Shown piece after piece: positions 35,603 to 36,008 of a stretch of DNA of 36,008 nt; position 1 is the first letter of the stretch, and every line of letters begins with the position of its first letter. A program made the position numbers and the translations under genes. The stretch spans positions 1-36,008 of the forward strand of contig CALRCO010000002.1 in NCBI GenBank assembly GCA_943354645.1, given 5' to 3'. The notes under the pieces were generated by a model, which saw nothing but the letters and a program-made list of their open reading frames with translations, ran no database searches and was not told the DNA's origin. The DNA comes from Candidatus Nomurabacteria bacterium (GTDB taxonomy: Bacteria > Patescibacteriota > Minisyncoccia > Phycocordibacterales > UBA9973).

Positions 35603-35802
35603 GTGGTTAGTATAGCGTAATAGACCGGATTAAATCCAATTTTTTATTGTGATTACGGAGAATACCCTGAGAGCTTTGTCTCAGGGATGAATCCGTAAAG
35701 ACAAAATGCATGTGCGGAGCACATATATCTTCAACAAAGAAAACCCTGTTGTTGTGTCGAATACCTAGATGCTTGCATCTGGGATGAGGACACAACTTTT
35801 CT

Positions 35803-36008
35803 TTATTTCAACAAAAACCGTAGCGATGAGACGAGTCGAATCTTTTTGTATTCAGGTGAGCCAGGATCTTTATCGGTGATGTCAAATATCCCTTGGTCAC
35901 CTCGGGTGACACTTCCTAGAGATGAACCAGAATTCTGAGTAAAGAGGGTAGCAGTGCTTTGTGCGTTTTTGATTGCCTCAGCCAACATTTCGGGTTTAAT
36001 ACTCATGA
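35803..36008 (-). CDS. C-terminal part of a hypothetical protein (possibly SIMPL/DUF541-like); the 5' end may lie beyond the window
   Basis: The ORF reaches the window edge. AEAIKNAQSTATLFTQNSGSSLGSV...KKIRLVSSLRFLLK loosely resembles the C-terminal half of SIMPL-domain proteins. The assignment is weak. Confidence 0.4.
   Translation of the reverse strand, partial: MSIKPEMLAEAIKNAQSTATLFTQNSGSSLGSVTRGDQGIFDITDKDPGSPEYKKIRLVSSLRFLLK

Noticed and set aside
1-36008. Alternative genetic code (UGA recoding as in some CPR lineages)
   Set aside because: All conserved proteins (SecA, FtsZ, FtsA, TrxB, UppP, NrdB) are full length under the standard code. TGA is also used as a stop, for example at 34606-34608.

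Overview
36-kb chromosomal segment from a low-GC, gene-dense bacterium. The gene style (compact housekeeping genes, giant FN3/Ig surface proteins, a sortase, near-consensus sigma70 promoters, many leaderless or Shine-Dalgarno-less starts) suggests a Patescibacteria/CPR (Parcubacteria-like) genome; this is inference only. Positions 1-22,900 are mostly housekeeping: a class Ic-like RNR beta subunit (nrdB), RNase P RNA, secA, uppP, rsmE, trxB, ftsA-ftsZ, ybeY, rpsU and a priA homologue with degenerate ATPase motifs. This part also holds a SET-domain protein and a 1,213-aa zincin/FN3 surface protein. Positions 22,980-35,600 form a cell-surface island: two further FN3/Ig proteins, an alpha/beta hydrolase, a DUF378 protein, a peptidoglycan-binding surface protein and a sortase. 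The standout is a 1,624-aa ORF (25838-30712). It fuses a DoxX-like membrane anchor to five cytochrome-b5-like modules, all keeping both haem-ligand histidines, interleaved with Ig-like and FN3 modules. I know of no described equivalent. Unexplained non-coding signals are: (1) an 830-bp ORF-free island (2474-3300) with small transcription units, paralogous hairpins, a telomere-like (TAAACCC)8 array, a 40-bp perfect AT palindrome and a consensus DnaA box; (2) an exact 13-mer, CTACTTACTACTA, in the G-poor leaders of four unrelated genes; (3) a recurring TTTACCCGCCTAA hairpin module; (4) a GC-rich, highly structured ~185-nt island at 30777-30960. No tRNA, rRNA, CRISPR array, transposase or integrase was seen. 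All family assignments come from motif reading by eye; no searches were run.
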